Position numbers and translations under genes: made by a program. DNA of 64,000 nt from Clostridia bacterium (GTDB lineage Bacteria > Bacillota > Clostridia > JAAYHZ01): contig JBMNIH010000009.1 of NCBI GenBank assembly GCA_050950825.1, positions 32,001-96,000 of the forward strand. Direction: 5' to 3'. A model generated the notes under the pieces. It was not told the DNA's origin. It searched no databases and saw nothing but the letters and a program-made list of their open reading frames with translations. The stretch's first letter is position 1. Every line of letters begins with the position of its first letter. Of the stretch, positions 1 to 10,366 are shown one piece after another.

Positions 1-608
1 CGGACGAAATTTGGAATGAGCCTAGCGAGGATTCCTATTATTATCTCCATCGATGGATGGAAAAGAAATTTGAAAGGTTTTTGGATTTGGGCTGCGGATT
101 GGGAAGACACTCGATATTGTTTGCAAAAAACGGTTTTTTAACCGATAGCATTGATCTTTCTCCGTATGCCGTAGAACAACTGACTCAAAAAGCAAAAGAG
201 CAAAATCTAAGCATTAAGGCTGAGGTCGGCGACATTCATAATCTGCCTTACGAGGATAATCGGTTCGACTGCTTGTTGGCCTATCATGTCATATCTCATA
301 CCGATTCCGAGGGGATTATTAAGGTTATAAGCGAAATCCGTCGCGTATTAAGAAGCGGAGGAGAGTTTTATATCACCCTATGCTCGAAAAGCAGCCCCAA
401 TTTTACTCAGTCAAAGTATCCAAAAATCGATGAAAATACCGTCATAAAAACGGAAGAGCCGGAAATAGGCATTCCTCACTATTATGCCGATTTACAAGAT
501 ATACATCGACTTTTACGTGAATTTTTAATCTTTCGAATCCGACACATTGAAGATTTCTTTAAAAATACAAGTAGCCGGCACTATTATATTCACGGCGGAA
601 AACCGTAA
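1..608 (+). CDS. Class I SAM-dependent methyltransferase (5'-truncated by window edge)
   Basis: Motif I FLDLGCGLGRH and FDCLLA/RVLRSGG motifs. The frame is open upstream of the ORF-track start 57 (DEIWNEPSEDSYYYLHRW), so the gene starts before the window. Confidence 0.85.
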   Translation, partial: DEIWNEPSEDSYYYLHRWMEKKFERFLDLGCGLGRHSILFAKNGFLTDSIDLSPYAVEQLTQKAKEQNLSIKAEVGDIHNLPYEDNRFDCLLAYHVISHTDSEGIIKVISEIRRVLRSGGEFYITLCSKSSPNFTQSKYPKIDENTVIKTEEPEIGIPHYYADLQDIHRLLREFLIFRIRHIEDFFKNTSSRHYYIHGGKP

Positions 609-633
609 GGGTGAAGGACAGTAGGAAGAAAAG

Positions 634-1383
634 CTATTTTAACAACCTTTTTATCATCGATCGGTTCGCTTCTAATTCTTCCCGGTCGTTCAATTCTTGC
701 AATTCCGGAGCATCCGGATATTTTTTCTTAAAAGCACAGGAAAGAATATAATCCGCAAGATGAGGGTTTTTAGGCAAAAGGCTGCCGTGAGAATAAGAAC
801 AGAATACATTCTTGTAGCGTGCACCTTCGTATCCGTCTTCTCCGTTATTACCAAACCCCTTTACTACTTTGCCCAAAGGGTCTACTCCTTCACCGAGATA
901 AGTTAAGCCGGAATGGTTTTCGAATCCGACGGCACGATACGATTCCCCGGTTTGATTGTGAACCCATTCGAACACCAAATTGCCGATCAATCGCTTTTTG
1001 GAGCTTTTGGTCTCGATATTGATAACTCCCGGAAGTTCAATGAGTTTTTCTTCGGTTTCGTAGTATTTTCCCAACATTTGGTAGCCGCCGCAGATTGCCA
1101 ATACGGTTCCGTCGTTTTCCACGTATCTTTTTATTTCCTCATGCTGTTTATAAAAATCTTCCAACATGATTTCCTGCTCGAAATCTTGACCGCCCCCGAT
1201 AAAAAGGATATCGCATTGTTCCGCCGAGAAAGGACGGCCTAAAGATATGTTTTGTATCCCGACATCAATGCCTCTCCAGAGGCATCTTTTTTGAAGAGCG
1301 ATTACATTTCCTCTGTCGCCGTATAAATTCAAAATATCCGGGTATAAGTGACAAATCGTTAATGAATACATAGGAAACCTCAT
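634..1383 (-). CDS. gatD: GatD, CobQ-like type 1 glutamine amidotransferase (lipid II isoglutaminyl synthase subunit)
   Basis: LYPDILNLYGDRGN, GGGQD, AICGGYQ, GFENH and HGSLLPKN motifs; overlaps the murT stop. Confidence 0.93.
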   Translation of the reverse strand: MRFPMYSLTICHLYPDILNLYGDRGNVIALQKRCLWRGIDVGIQNISLGRPFSAEQCDILFIGGGQDFEQEIMLEDFYKQHEEIKRYVENDGTVLAICGGYQMLGKYYETEEKLIELPGVINIETKSSKKRLIGNLVFEWVHNQTGESYRAVGFENHSGLTYLGEGVDPLGKVVKGFGNNGEDGYEGARYKNVFCSYSHGSLLPKNPHLADYILSCAFKKKYPDAPELQELNDREELEANRSMIKRLLK

Positions 1384-2774
1384 TTCCAGAATTTTTTGAT
1401 ACCGTATCTGCGAACCAATAATTTTCGAAAATCCAATAAAGCGGTATAGGAGGGGAAAACGTAGAAATAGCCGTTTTCGGGTGTTATAGCTAATCCCTTG
1501 TCCACAAGCAGGTTATAATCCTTTATTAAACGAACCTTTTTCATATCCAAACCGGCGTATTTCAAACGAACGGTCATATCCTCGCCTCGCAGTCCGGAGG
1601 TAAAGAAAGCAGGCACAACCTCCTGTACTTGACCGAGTTTTTCAAATTCAACGTCCCAAAGCCACGAAATGTCTCTTCCGTCCGCGGTGAGATCGTTGAT
1701 GATCATGGCGGCAGGATAAGGTTTGTTTTGGGAAATGAACAATTCCAATGCTTGATCGAAACCGACTACGTTTTTCACCAAAACCATTCTTAACGTTTTA
1801 TTGCCGATACGAATATCTTCCATCCTCCCGAATCCGATTTCGAAGCCGGCCAAGGCCTCCACACTTTTTTTCGGATCGAAACCGAAAACCTTGCTTAATG
1901 TAATGGCGGCCATGGCATTGTAAATATTGTACTGACCGGGAACGGGGATTGTACCTTCGATGGTTTGAACATTCTCTTTGTTATCCGGATCGCCAATGGA
2001 AAGAAGGATTTTTGTGTTTTTGTCGGTCAAAACGGGAGTTTCCGACAAAGCCGTCAAAAGGTAAGGACGGCTAAAGCCACATTCCGGACAGTAAAAATCA
2101 CCTAAATGCCCGTAGGTGTGGTGGCGGTAAAGGTACTCGACTTTGCAATAGATGCAAAATCTTCCGTCGGAAACGCTTCCTTCTTTGTATTCGCCGAAAG
2201 CGATACGGGTTCCGTAATAGTAGGCTTCGTTGGGAAGGTCTTTTCCGATAGAAGCGCAAAAAGAATCGTCTCCGTTTAAAATAAGCTTCGTATTTGGGCA
2301 GCTGCTTAGTCCTTCCTTTACTCCGGATAATAAAGTATATAACTCGCCGAAGCGATCCAGCTGGTCTCTGAAAAAGTTTGTTACAACCACATAATCCGGC
2401 TTTATTAACGGAGCTATGGTTTTTAATGCCGCTTCGTCCACTTCCAAAACCGCATATTCTTCGTCAAATCGCCCGTTGAGCTTCATTGCGTTTAATAGGG
2501 TGGTGGTAATGCCGCTTTGCAAGTTGGCACCGGACTTGTTCGTAATATATTTGATATCATGAGCCTTTAAGATTCCCGTAATCATGCGAACCGTTGTTGT
2601 TTTTCCGTTTGTACCTGTGACGAACACCGTTTTAATGCGAGAAGATATAACCGAAAGGATATTCGGATAAATTTTAGCCGCAATTTTGCCGGGTAAAGAG
2701 GTACCGCCGGATTTAAAGATGCGCAATATCTTAACAAGTAGTTTTACCAACAAAACCGTAATCGTTAATCTCAT
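1380..2774 (-). CDS. murT: MurT, Mur ligase with DUF1727 domain
   Basis: GTNGKTT P-loop, LEVDE, NFFRDQLDRFGE, CIYC..CPEC Zn site, ADGRDISWLWD; coupled to gatD. Confidence 0.93.
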   Translation of the reverse strand: MRLTITVLLVKLLVKILRIFKSGGTSLPGKIAAKIYPNILSVISSRIKTVFVTGTNGKTTTVRMITGILKAHDIKYITNKSGANLQSGITTTLLNAMKLNGRFDEEYAVLEVDEAALKTIAPLIKPDYVVVTNFFRDQLDRFGELYTLLSGVKEGLSSCPNTKLILNGDDSFCASIGKDLPNEAYYYGTRIAFGEYKEGSVSDGRFCIYCKVEYLYRHHTYGHLGDFYCPECGFSRPYLLTALSETPVLTDKNTKILLSIGDPDNKENVQTIEGTIPVPGQYNIYNAMAAITLSKVFGFDPKKSVEALAGFEIGFGRMEDIRIGNKTLRMVLVKNVVGFDQALELFISQNKPYPAAMIINDLTADGRDISWLWDVEFEKLGQVQEVVPAFFTSGLRGEDMTVRLKYAGLDMKKVRLIKDYNLLVDKGLAITPENGYFYVFPSYTALLDFRKLLVRRYGIKKFWK

Positions 2775-2920
2775 ACAATCTCCGCTCGTCTGAAAACAAA
2801 ATTAGCGGCGTCAAAGAATGTGGTTCTCTTAGCCGTTCGCCATACCTATTATAACCGTCCGGGAGAAGGTTTACAAGAAATTCATATACAAGATATTTTC
2901 ACGAACTTTTCAAATTGCAG

Positions 2921-2948
2921 TTGCACGAAAAACCGTTTATGCTATAAT
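2921..2948 (+). promoter_or_regulatory. Putative sigma-A promoter of the hutP-cmk operon
   Basis: TTGCAC-N16-TATAAT with extended -10 TG. A divergent TTGTAA-N17-TATAAT for murT lies on the minus strand just to the left. Confidence 0.6.
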
Positions 2949-2977
2949 GTACTAAAATATTCTTACGGAGAGCAACG

Positions 2978-3403
2978 ATGATTTCAGGCGGCGGCGTTCC
3001 CGGAAGCAAAACGGTGGCAAAAATAGCGATTGAAATGGCTTTATCCGAAACCCGAGAACAAGAAAATATCATAAAGGAACGGTACGCAAAAGAAGGTATT
3101 TTGTGTGCGGCGGCGGAATACGGCGGGGAATTCTTAAATTCCGTCATGAAGATTGTCGAAAGAGCCGTCGTTGCCGCAAAGAGAGAAAACCTGATTCGTC
3201 CCTCTCATGCGGAAGAAGGGGCGGTTGCAGGTGCCACCCGAGAAGCGTTGAGCCAGATTATGCCGAAAGCAATCGGCTTGAATATCGGCGGGAAAATCGG
3301 TATTGCGCGCTACCAAGATCATATCACGGTTGCCATTTTCGTAGGAATCGGTCTTCTGCACTTGAATGAAGTGGCCATCGGCCTCGGTCATCGCGTGATA
3401 TGA
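2978..3403 (+). CDS. hutP: HutP-family protein
   Basis: SKTVAKIAIEMALS, AAKRE...HAEEGAVAGATREAL, GIGLLHLNEVAIGLGHR are typical of clostridial HutP homologs. Confidence 0.85.
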   Translation: MISGGGVPGSKTVAKIAIEMALSETREQENIIKERYAKEGILCAAAEYGGEFLNSVMKIVERAVVAAKRENLIRPSHAEEGAVAGATREALSQIMPKAIGLNIGGKIGIARYQDHITVAIFVGIGLLHLNEVAIGLGHRVI

Positions 3404-3485
3404 CAGTATAAAAATTTGAAATTTATATACAATACGTAATAAATCGAATCATTGTAAAAGTACGATTTTACTTGAAGGAGATTGA

Positions 3486-4163
3486 ATGAAATACACCATA
3501 GCCATTGACGGACCTGCCGGGGCAGGAAAAAGCACGATAGCAAAATTGTTGGCTTCCGAACTCAATATTCTCTACTTGGATACCGGAGCGATGTACAGAG
3601 CCGTCGGATTAAAAGCTCTCCGAGAAAACATTGATATAAAGGATACGGAAAAAATCGACGAAATGATTAAAAACATCGATATTCAAGTTCGCTACATTGA
3701 CGGTAAGCAGCATACGTATTTGGACGGCGAAGACGTTACCCACAAGATCAGAACTCCCGAGGTATCTTTAGCGGCGTCAAACGTTGCCGTCATTAAAAGC
3801 GTACGTCTTAAGATGGTAGAACTGCAGCGTGAAATTGCTAAAGACATGTCCGTTATCATGGACGGTCGGGATATCGGAACCTATGTATTGCCGAATGCTC
3901 CTTTCAAATTTTTCATTACGGCTACACCGGAGGAAAGAGCAAGAAGAAGATACTTGGAAATGAAAGAAAGCGGCGAAAAAAATGTCGATTATGATATAAT
4001 ATTAAAAGATATTAAATATCGCGATGAAAATGACAGCACAAGAGCTTTTGCTCCATTAAAAAAAGCGGATGATGCCATATTGGTCGATAACACCTTTATG
4101 ACGGTGGAAGAAACATTAAGCAAAATTCTTAGTCATATTAAAGGAGACGGAGTAAATCAGTAA
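3486..4163 (+). CDS. cmk: Cytidylate kinase
   Basis: IAIDGPAGAGKST, LDTGAMYRA, MDGRDIGT. Confidence 0.97.
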   Translation: MKYTIAIDGPAGAGKSTIAKLLASELNILYLDTGAMYRAVGLKALRENIDIKDTEKIDEMIKNIDIQVRYIDGKQHTYLDGEDVTHKIRTPEVSLAASNVAVIKSVRLKMVELQREIAKDMSVIMDGRDIGTYVLPNAPFKFFITATPEERARRRYLEMKESGEKNVDYDIILKDIKYRDENDSTRAFAPLKKADDAILVDNTFMTVEETLSKILSHIKGDGVNQ

Positions 4164-4757
4164 GTGAGGCGTTTTATCAAAGGACTTGCGACGATTTTCG
4201 TCGGCTTGTTATACAGGGTAAAAGTTCAAGGACTTGAAAATATCGATAATAACCGGCCCTATCTATTGTGTGCAAACCATACCAGTATCATGGATTTGCT
4301 GTTTATCCAAGTCAAATTAAAAAGATGGGTCTATTGGATGGCAAAGAAAGAATTGTTCAAGAACCCTCTCTTTGGAAAATTTCTCGAAAAACTCGGAGCC
4401 TTCCCCGTGGAAAGAGGCAAGGCCGATTTGTCTGCGCTGCGAAAAGCTTTGAAAATCTTGAATGAAGGCCACATTTGCGGTGTTTTCCCGGAAGGTACCC
4501 GACAAAACCAACATGTCGGAGAAGAATTGAAGCCTAAATCCGGAGCGGCTTTTATTGCGTACAAAGCCGGTGTAAATATATTGCCCGTATACATTACCCC
4601 GAATCATCGTCCTTTTAGCACGGTGCATATCGTTATCGGCAAACCGTTCGCCATCGAAAGAGAGAAAAACCACGAGAACGGCAACGGAGCGGCACTGAAA
4701 GAGAATGCTCGATACATCATGGATCGAATTTATGCTCTTAAGGAGAATATTATATGA
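4164..4757 (+). CDS. plsC: 1-acyl-sn-glycerol-3-phosphate acyltransferase
   Basis: NHTSIMD (HxxxxD), MAKKELF, FPEGTR; GTG start. Confidence 0.93.
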   Translation: MRRFIKGLATIFVGLLYRVKVQGLENIDNNRPYLLCANHTSIMDLLFIQVKLKRWVYWMAKKELFKNPLFGKFLEKLGAFPVERGKADLSALRKALKILNEGHICGVFPEGTRQNQHVGEELKPKSGAAFIAYKAGVNILPVYITPNHRPFSTVHIVIGKPFAIEREKNHENGNGAALKENARYIMDRIYALKENII

Positions 4758-7114
4758 ATATAATCGTATCCGAGCATGCCGGATTTTGCTTCGGTGTCAA
4801 AAACGCCGTAAAAAAAGCATTGGAAGAAGCGGAAAAACAAAAAAAACCCATACATACCTTAGGCCAGCTCATTCACAATAATACGACGATAAAGGATTTG
4901 GAGAACCGTGGGATTTATGCCGTAAACCGGCTTGATGAACTTAAACCGGGGGATACAGTGATTATTCGTGCCCACGGCATTCCGGAGAAAACCGAAGCGG
5001 AATTAAAAGAAAAGCAAATTCATATAATCGATGCCACCTGTCCTTTTGTGAAAAAAATTCACCGTTTGGCAGTGGAAAATTACAACAAGGGGAGGAAAAT
5101 CGTTATTATCGGGGATGCTAACCATCCTGAGGTTATCGGCATAAACGGATGGTGCGGTGACAGCGCCGTGATCATCAACAGCTTGGAAGACGCACAAAAT
5201 GTTAAAGAGAGCTTGAACAATGCCGTTGTCGTGGTGCAAACCACGTATAACGTAAACTTATATAAAGAAATAAAAAATTATTTAAATAAAACGTACGAAA
5301 ACATTGATTTTTATGATACAATATGTAATACTACCATAGGTAGACAAGAGAATGCCCGCAAAATAGCCTCTAATGCTGATATGATGTTGGTAATCGGCAG
5401 TCATCACAGCGCAAATTCCCAACAACTGTTTAATATTTGCAAAGGAGAATGTGTGCATACATATCTTGTTGAGTCTGCGGATGATATTCCGCATGATATT
5501 ATAAATGAAAACATTAAAAATATTGGGATTACTGCGGGTGCATCAACGCCTGATAAAGTAATCAAGGAGGTAATTGGACGCATGGAAGAGTTGAACAAAC
5601 AGGGGATCGAAACAGTTGAGGCTGCAAGCGTAGTTGATACTCCTGAGAGCAAAGAAAGCGGTGAAAAGAATTTCTTTGAGGAAGCTCTCGAAGATTCCCT
5701 TGTTACAGTGAGGACCGGTCAAGTTGTAAAAGGCAGGATAATCAGTTATAACACCCAAGCACAAGAAGTTTACGTGGATCTGGGTTTCAAAATTGACGGA
5801 ACCATACCCTTCAGTGAATATACTGATGACAGCGACTTTGATCCGGAGAAGGACATTAAAGAAGGACAAGAAATTGAAGTTCTTGTCATACGTGTGAACG
5901 AAAGCGAAGGCAACGTTTTATTGTCCAAGAAGAAAGTGGATAATAAAAGAAAGTGGAAGCTCATAGAAAACGCCCACAAAAAACAAGAGGTTGTCACCGT
6001 TAAGGTGAAAGAGGTCATTAAAGGCGGTTTGCTGGCCGTATACGAAGGACAGGAAGTCTTTATTCCTGCATCTCAAGTTAGCGATAGGTTTATTCGCAAC
6101 TTAAACAAATACGTAAATAACGATTTGGATATTAGAATTATTGAATTGAACAAAAGACGCAAAAAGGTCGTCGGTTCCTCAAGAGTTCTGATTGAAGAAG
6201 AAAAAGCAAGAGTCGAAAAAGAAGTTTGGGATAATATCGAAGTAGGAAAAGTATACAACGGTATCGTAAAAAGCATAACTGACTTTGGTGTATTCGTAGA
6301 CATTGGCGGTATTGACGGTTTGGTTCACATCTCCGAGCTGTCTTGGTCAAAGATTAATCATCCTTCCGAAGTGGTTAAAAAAGGCCAAGCGATGGAAGTA
6401 TTCGTTTTGGATTTCGATAGAGAAGCGAACAGGATTTCTTTAGGCTATCGCAAAGAAGAAGATAATCCTTGGTATAACGCTGAACAAAAATATGCCGTAG
6501 GTACAATTGTGGAAGGTAAGGTTGTTCGAATCGTTCCTTTCGGTGCATTTATAGAAATAGCCGAAGGTGTTGACGGACTGGTACACATATCGCAGATATC
6601 CACTGTTCGAATCAATAAAGTGGAAGACGTACTTACAGTCGGAATGAATGTGAAGGCCAAGATTATCGAAAATGATGTCGAAAACAAGAAGATCAGTTTA
6701 AGCATTAAAGAAGTAAGTCCTATCGAACCTCCTTATGCCCAAGAAATTATTAACGATAATATAGATTTTGCAGGTGATGAAGCGAATTACAAAACCGATC
6801 GCGCTGAAAAATTCGAAAAGAGTGAAAAAGTTGAAAAAACCGATAAATCGGATAAATTCGATCGTTTTGAAAGAGCTGAAAGAAATATTCGCGCAGCAGC
6901 GAACAAGCCGAAGGATTACAAGAAAATGATCGACGAAGAATCCACGGAATATAAACGTGAATTCAAGAAACCCGCTCGTGAAAGAAAAGACTTTAAAGAT
7001 ATGCCCGAAGCGGTGCTGGAACACAAAGAAGAATTGGAAAATAAGATCGGTGATTTGCTGCAGGGATTGAACCTAAGCTTCGTAACTGCAGACGAAGAAG
7101 AGAACAAAAACTAA
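4754..7114 (+). CDS. ispH: Fused HMBPP reductase IspH / ribosomal protein S1
   Basis: AGFCFGV, DATCPFV, TICNTT and TAGASTP followed by four S1 domains (DGLVHISELSW, DGLVHISQIS). Confidence 0.96.
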   Translation: MNIIVSEHAGFCFGVKNAVKKALEEAEKQKKPIHTLGQLIHNNTTIKDLENRGIYAVNRLDELKPGDTVIIRAHGIPEKTEAELKEKQIHIIDATCPFVKKIHRLAVENYNKGRKIVIIGDANHPEVIGINGWCGDSAVIINSLEDAQNVKESLNNAVVVVQTTYNVNLYKEIKNYLNKTYENIDFYDTICNTTIGRQENARKIASNADMMLVIGSHHSANSQQLFNICKGECVHTYLVESADDIPHDIINENIKNIGITAGASTPDKVIKEVIGRMEELNKQGIETVEAASVVDTPESKESGEKNFFEEALEDSLVTVRTGQVVKGRIISYNTQAQEVYVDLGFKIDGTIPFSEYTDDSDFDPEKDIKEGQEIEVLVIRVNESEGNVLLSKKKVDNKRKWKLIENAHKKQEVVTVKVKEVIKGGLLAVYEGQEVFIPASQVSDRFIRNLNKYVNNDLDIRIIELNKRRKKVVGSSRVLIEEEKARVEKEVWDNIEVGKVYNGIVKSITDFGVFVDIGGIDGLVHISELSWSKINHPSEVVKKGQAMEVFVLDFDREANRISLGYRKEEDNPWYNAEQKYAVGTIVEGKVVRIVPFGAFIEIAEGVDGLVHISQISTVRINKVEDVLTVGMNVKAKIIENDVENKKISLSIKEVSPIEPPYAQEIINDNIDFAGDEANYKTDRAEKFEKSEKVEKTDKSDKFDRFERAERNIRAAANKPKDYKKMIDEESTEYKREFKKPARERKDFKDMPEAVLEHKEELENKIGDLLQGLNLSFVTADEEENKN

Positions 7115-7131
7115 AAAAAGAATTTATCACT

Positions 7132-7167
7132 TTCAGAGGGGCATTACGCTCCTCTGAATTGTTATTT
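7132..7167 (+). terminator. Intrinsic terminator after ispH-rpsA
   Basis: TTCAGAGGGG-loop-CTCCTCTGAA followed by a T-rich tail. Confidence 0.7.
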
Positions 7168-7221
7168 AGACAAAAAACGAGTGCATCTCGCTTTTATTTT
7201 TCTAAAAAAGAGGTATAACAT

Positions 7222-7374
7222 ATGAAAACACTTGAGGAAATGAACAGGGAAGAGCTCTTGGAAATCATTGAAGTAAAAAATCAAATTATCAAAGAATTAG
7301 AGACGGAAATTGCACTTTATCAAAAACTTATTGAAGAGATCAAGAATAAATATATAGAAAACAATAGAAAATAA
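7222..7374 (+). CDS. Small 50-aa putative coiled-coil protein (below ORF-track cut-off)
   Basis: AAGAGGT RBS before the ATG; translates MKTLEEMNREELLEIIEVKNQIIKELETEIALYQKLIEEIKNKYIENNRK. Confidence 0.6.
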   Translation: MKTLEEMNREELLEIIEVKNQIIKELETEIALYQKLIEEIKNKYIENNRK

Positions 7375-7450
7375 AACCGGCATTTTGATGACAACAACCG
7401 GTCAGCGATGAAGGATCGATGATGGATGGAATTCGAATAAAAAGGGAAAT

Positions 7451-7478
7451 AAAAAAGGCTTCGATTGTATCCGAAGCC
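7451..7478 (-). terminator. Terminator of tRNA-Leu
   Basis: GGCTTCG/CGAAGCC stem with a T-run on the minus strand. Confidence 0.75.
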
Positions 7479-7487
7479 CTCATATAT

Positions 7488-7574
7488 TGGTGCGAGAGAC
7501 GGGAGTCGAACCCGTACGCCCTTGCGAGCACTAGAACCTGAATCTAGCGAGTCTGCCAATTCCACCACTCTCGC
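7488..7574 (-). tRNA. tRNA-Leu(CAG)
   Basis: Reverse complement GCGAGAGTGGTGGAATTGGCAGAC...CTAGA-TTCAGGT-TCTAG...GGTTCGACTCCC...CTCTCGCACCA, with long variable arm and CCA. Upstream promoter TTGAAT-N17-TATAAT at 7617-7589. Confidence 0.97.
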
Positions 7575-7653
7575 AAATCAACAAGCAGATTATACAATAA
7601 AGATTTAAATTATTCAAGAGGTAATGTAAAGAAATATTTTTACGAGGTACTTT

Positions 7654-9045
7654 ATGACGAAGCGTTTTGAACATTATTTATATTCATTGAAAAATAAAAA
7701 AATAGCCGTTTTGGGGATGGGAATCAGCAATCGTCCTTTGGTGGACTTCTTTTATGAAAATGACATCTATCCGGATTTATTCGATAAAAACGAAGACGAA
7801 GCTCTGCATAAAAAGTATCATATTCCCGGAAAAAACCGCGTTTTTTTAGGACACGATTACATGTCCTATTGCAAAGGGTATGATTTGATATTCAAAACGC
7901 CTTCCATGCGCCCGGATCTGCCGGAATTGATAGCCGAAAGAGAACGCGGTGCAAAAATCACATCGGAGATAAATGAATTTTTAAAATTCTGTCCTTGTAA
8001 AACCTTCGGCATTACCGGTAGCGACGGGAAAAGCACCACAACCACCATTATCGCTAAGATGCTGGAGGCGGAAGGATATAAGGTTTGGTTAGGCGGAAAC
8101 TTAGGAACTCCTCTTTTCAATTGTCTTCCGAAAATAAAAGAGGATCACATGGCCGTTTTGGAATTATCCAGTTTTCAGTTGATGACCACGGAAGTCAGCC
8201 CGAATGTAGCCGTCATAACCAATATCACACCGAACCACTTGGATATTCATAAGGATTTTGATGAGTATATACAAGCCAAGAAAAATATATTACGTTATCA
8301 GAAAAAGAATGATAAAGCCGTTCTTAATATGGATAACAAGATAACAAAAGAGTTCTACGAAGATTATGAAAACGAAGCCATAGGCTTTTGTAAGCACCAA
8401 GACTGCGTTAGCTGCATTTGCTATGTGGACGGAGTGATTTGCAAGATTGATAAAATGCATAACCGAATGGTATTGCTTGAAGCGGATCGTATAAGATTAC
8501 CCGGAATTCACAATATCGAAAACTATATGGCTGCATGCGGTGCGGTCTTAGATGACGTTTGTATCAACAGTATTCAATCGGTAGCTTATTCGTTCAAAGG
8601 AGTGGAGCATCGAAGAGAAGAGGTTCGGACCGTAAACGGTCGAACTTTTTACAACGATTCGATTGCCAGCAGTCCCACAAGGACAAAAGCGACTTTATCC
8701 ACATTTAAAAATAAAGTGATTCTCATTGCCGGAGGAAAGGACAAAAAGAACGACTACTCCATTGTAGCGGAGGATTTGTGCAATAAGGTTAAAGTGTTGA
8801 TTCTGACGGGACAAACGGCCCAAGCCATCGAGGATGCGGTCAAACGATACATGGAAGAAAACCGGATAGAAGGACCGAAAATATACCGTTTCGATGATTT
8901 TGAAAAAGCCGTAAGGTTTTCCTATGAAATTTCGGAGCCCGGTGACGAGATTTTGCTTTCTCCTGCGAGCACCAGCTTTGATCGGTTTAAGAATTTTGAA
9001 GAAAGAGGAAATTATTTTAAAGAAATCGTTGAAAAGCTTTCGTAA
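7654..9045 (+). CDS. murD: UDP-N-acetylmuramoyl-L-alanine:D-glutamate ligase
   Basis: GITGSDGKSTTT, GGNLG, LELSSFQL, NHLDIH, YNDS, LLSPASTSFD. Confidence 0.96.
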   Translation: MTKRFEHYLYSLKNKKIAVLGMGISNRPLVDFFYENDIYPDLFDKNEDEALHKKYHIPGKNRVFLGHDYMSYCKGYDLIFKTPSMRPDLPELIAERERGAKITSEINEFLKFCPCKTFGITGSDGKSTTTTIIAKMLEAEGYKVWLGGNLGTPLFNCLPKIKEDHMAVLELSSFQLMTTEVSPNVAVITNITPNHLDIHKDFDEYIQAKKNILRYQKKNDKAVLNMDNKITKEFYEDYENEAIGFCKHQDCVSCICYVDGVICKIDKMHNRMVLLEADRIRLPGIHNIENYMAACGAVLDDVCINSIQSVAYSFKGVEHRREEVRTVNGRTFYNDSIASSPTRTKATLSTFKNKVILIAGGKDKKNDYSIVAEDLCNKVKVLILTGQTAQAIEDAVKRYMEENRIEGPKIYRFDDFEKAVRFSYEISEPGDEILLSPASTSFDRFKNFEERGNYFKEIVEKLS

Positions 9046-9082
9046 CATCGTCAACCAAGCTTCATAAAAGAAAAATTTCCGG

Positions 9083-9111
9083 TTGACTTCTCTTTCGTAT
9101 TTTTGTATACT
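9083..9111 (+). promoter_or_regulatory. Sigma-A promoter of tRNA-Phe/Tyr
   Basis: TTGACT-N17-TATACT just upstream of the tRNAs. Confidence 0.8.
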
Positions 9112-9129
9112 GTCAAAGGTAAGCGATTC

Positions 9130-9205
<76 letters not shown>

Positions 9206-9210
9206 TATGC

Positions 9211-9295
9211 GGAGGAATTCCCGAGCGGCCAAAGGGGGCAGACTGTAAATCTGTTGGCAGTGCCTTCGGTGGTTCGAATCCACCTTCCTCCACCA
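9211..9295 (+). tRNA. tRNA-Tyr(GTA)
   Basis: GGAGGAATTCCCGAGCGGCCAAAGGG...GCAGA-CTGTAAA-TCTGT...GGTTCGAATCC...CCA, 85 nt. Confidence 0.97.
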
Positions 9296-9328
9296 AAAAA
9301 GACTGTCGATGAATGTCGACAGTCTTTT
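9295..9328. terminator. Bidirectional terminator
   Basis: AAAAGACTGTCGA-loop-TCGACAGTCTTTT perfect inverted repeat between the tRNAs and the convergent XRE gene. Confidence 0.85.
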
Positions 9329-9364
9329 GCATAATACGAGAAATTTTTCGAGATATTATCGATC

Positions 9365-10366
9365 TTAGTATTTCGTATCTTTGGCAAAGGGGCGATATTT
9401 GTCCAAAACCGCTTTGAACCAATCCATGTTACGGACTTCATCGTAAAATTTGTTTGTGTCAATGTAGTCCGGCACCCGCTTGATTTCGTTGCCTTCGTAA
9501 CCCGAATATACTGTTGATTTATCAAATACATGGTCTTTGACCAAAATGGAAACGTGTACGGTTTTCGTCGGCAGCTCGTCGTACATTTTACCGTGGAAGA
9601 GCCCCAAGTCCAAGTATTTCGCCGCATTTACATAATCCTTTAGCATAATGTATCGATTGGCGATATAGATGTACAGCTCGCATAAATGATAGTGGTTAAA
9701 TCCGTAGTCGGATTGATCATAAATCAAACGAAGCAAGTCAACGGCTTTTTCGAAAATATTTATTTGCTCATCCGGTGGTGATGATGTGTACAAAGCGATG
9801 TTTCGAATTTTTATAACCAACATATAAGTTAATTGATTGATGTTGCTTCGTACGACTTCGAACCATTTATCGCTTCCTCTGTCGTAAATTTCCTCAAGTT
9901 CTTCCTCTTGAGAATAACCATAGGTGGGAAAACGATTGTTGTATTCGAGGGCCTTCTCCGTATCTCCTTTATCACTGTATAGACTGCTTAGCATAGACAA
10001 GGCGGAATAATGAACGGAATCCAAAGGACATTCGTCCAAGATTCGATTGCAAAGATAAAACAATTCGTCCTCATTGGCAAGAGGAACATAGTTGCCGTTT
10101 TCATCGAAATTATTAGGCGCATTGTAATACAAGCCGAAAATATACTTTTCCATGATTCGGTAATCGTTCGGATATTCGTAATAGGCTTTTCGGATAAAGT
10201 CAAATGATTTATTTTCTTTACCTAAGTTCTTCAAGCGCGTGTATTCGGACAAGATTTCGTCGATTTTTTCTTGTTTTTTCGACAAATCAACGCCTAACAA
10301 TTCGTCCGTCGTCACATTGAAAAAATTCGCCAAAACGGGAAGCATGGAAATGTCGGGTAAAGCCGT
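9365..10366 (-). pseudogene. 3' portion of an interrupted XRE-family HTH regulator with helical/TPR-like C-terminus
   Basis: Reads (T)ALPDISMLPVLANFFNVTTDELLG..., the second half of an HTH_3 domain. The first half is at 11876-11992. Confidence 0.9.
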
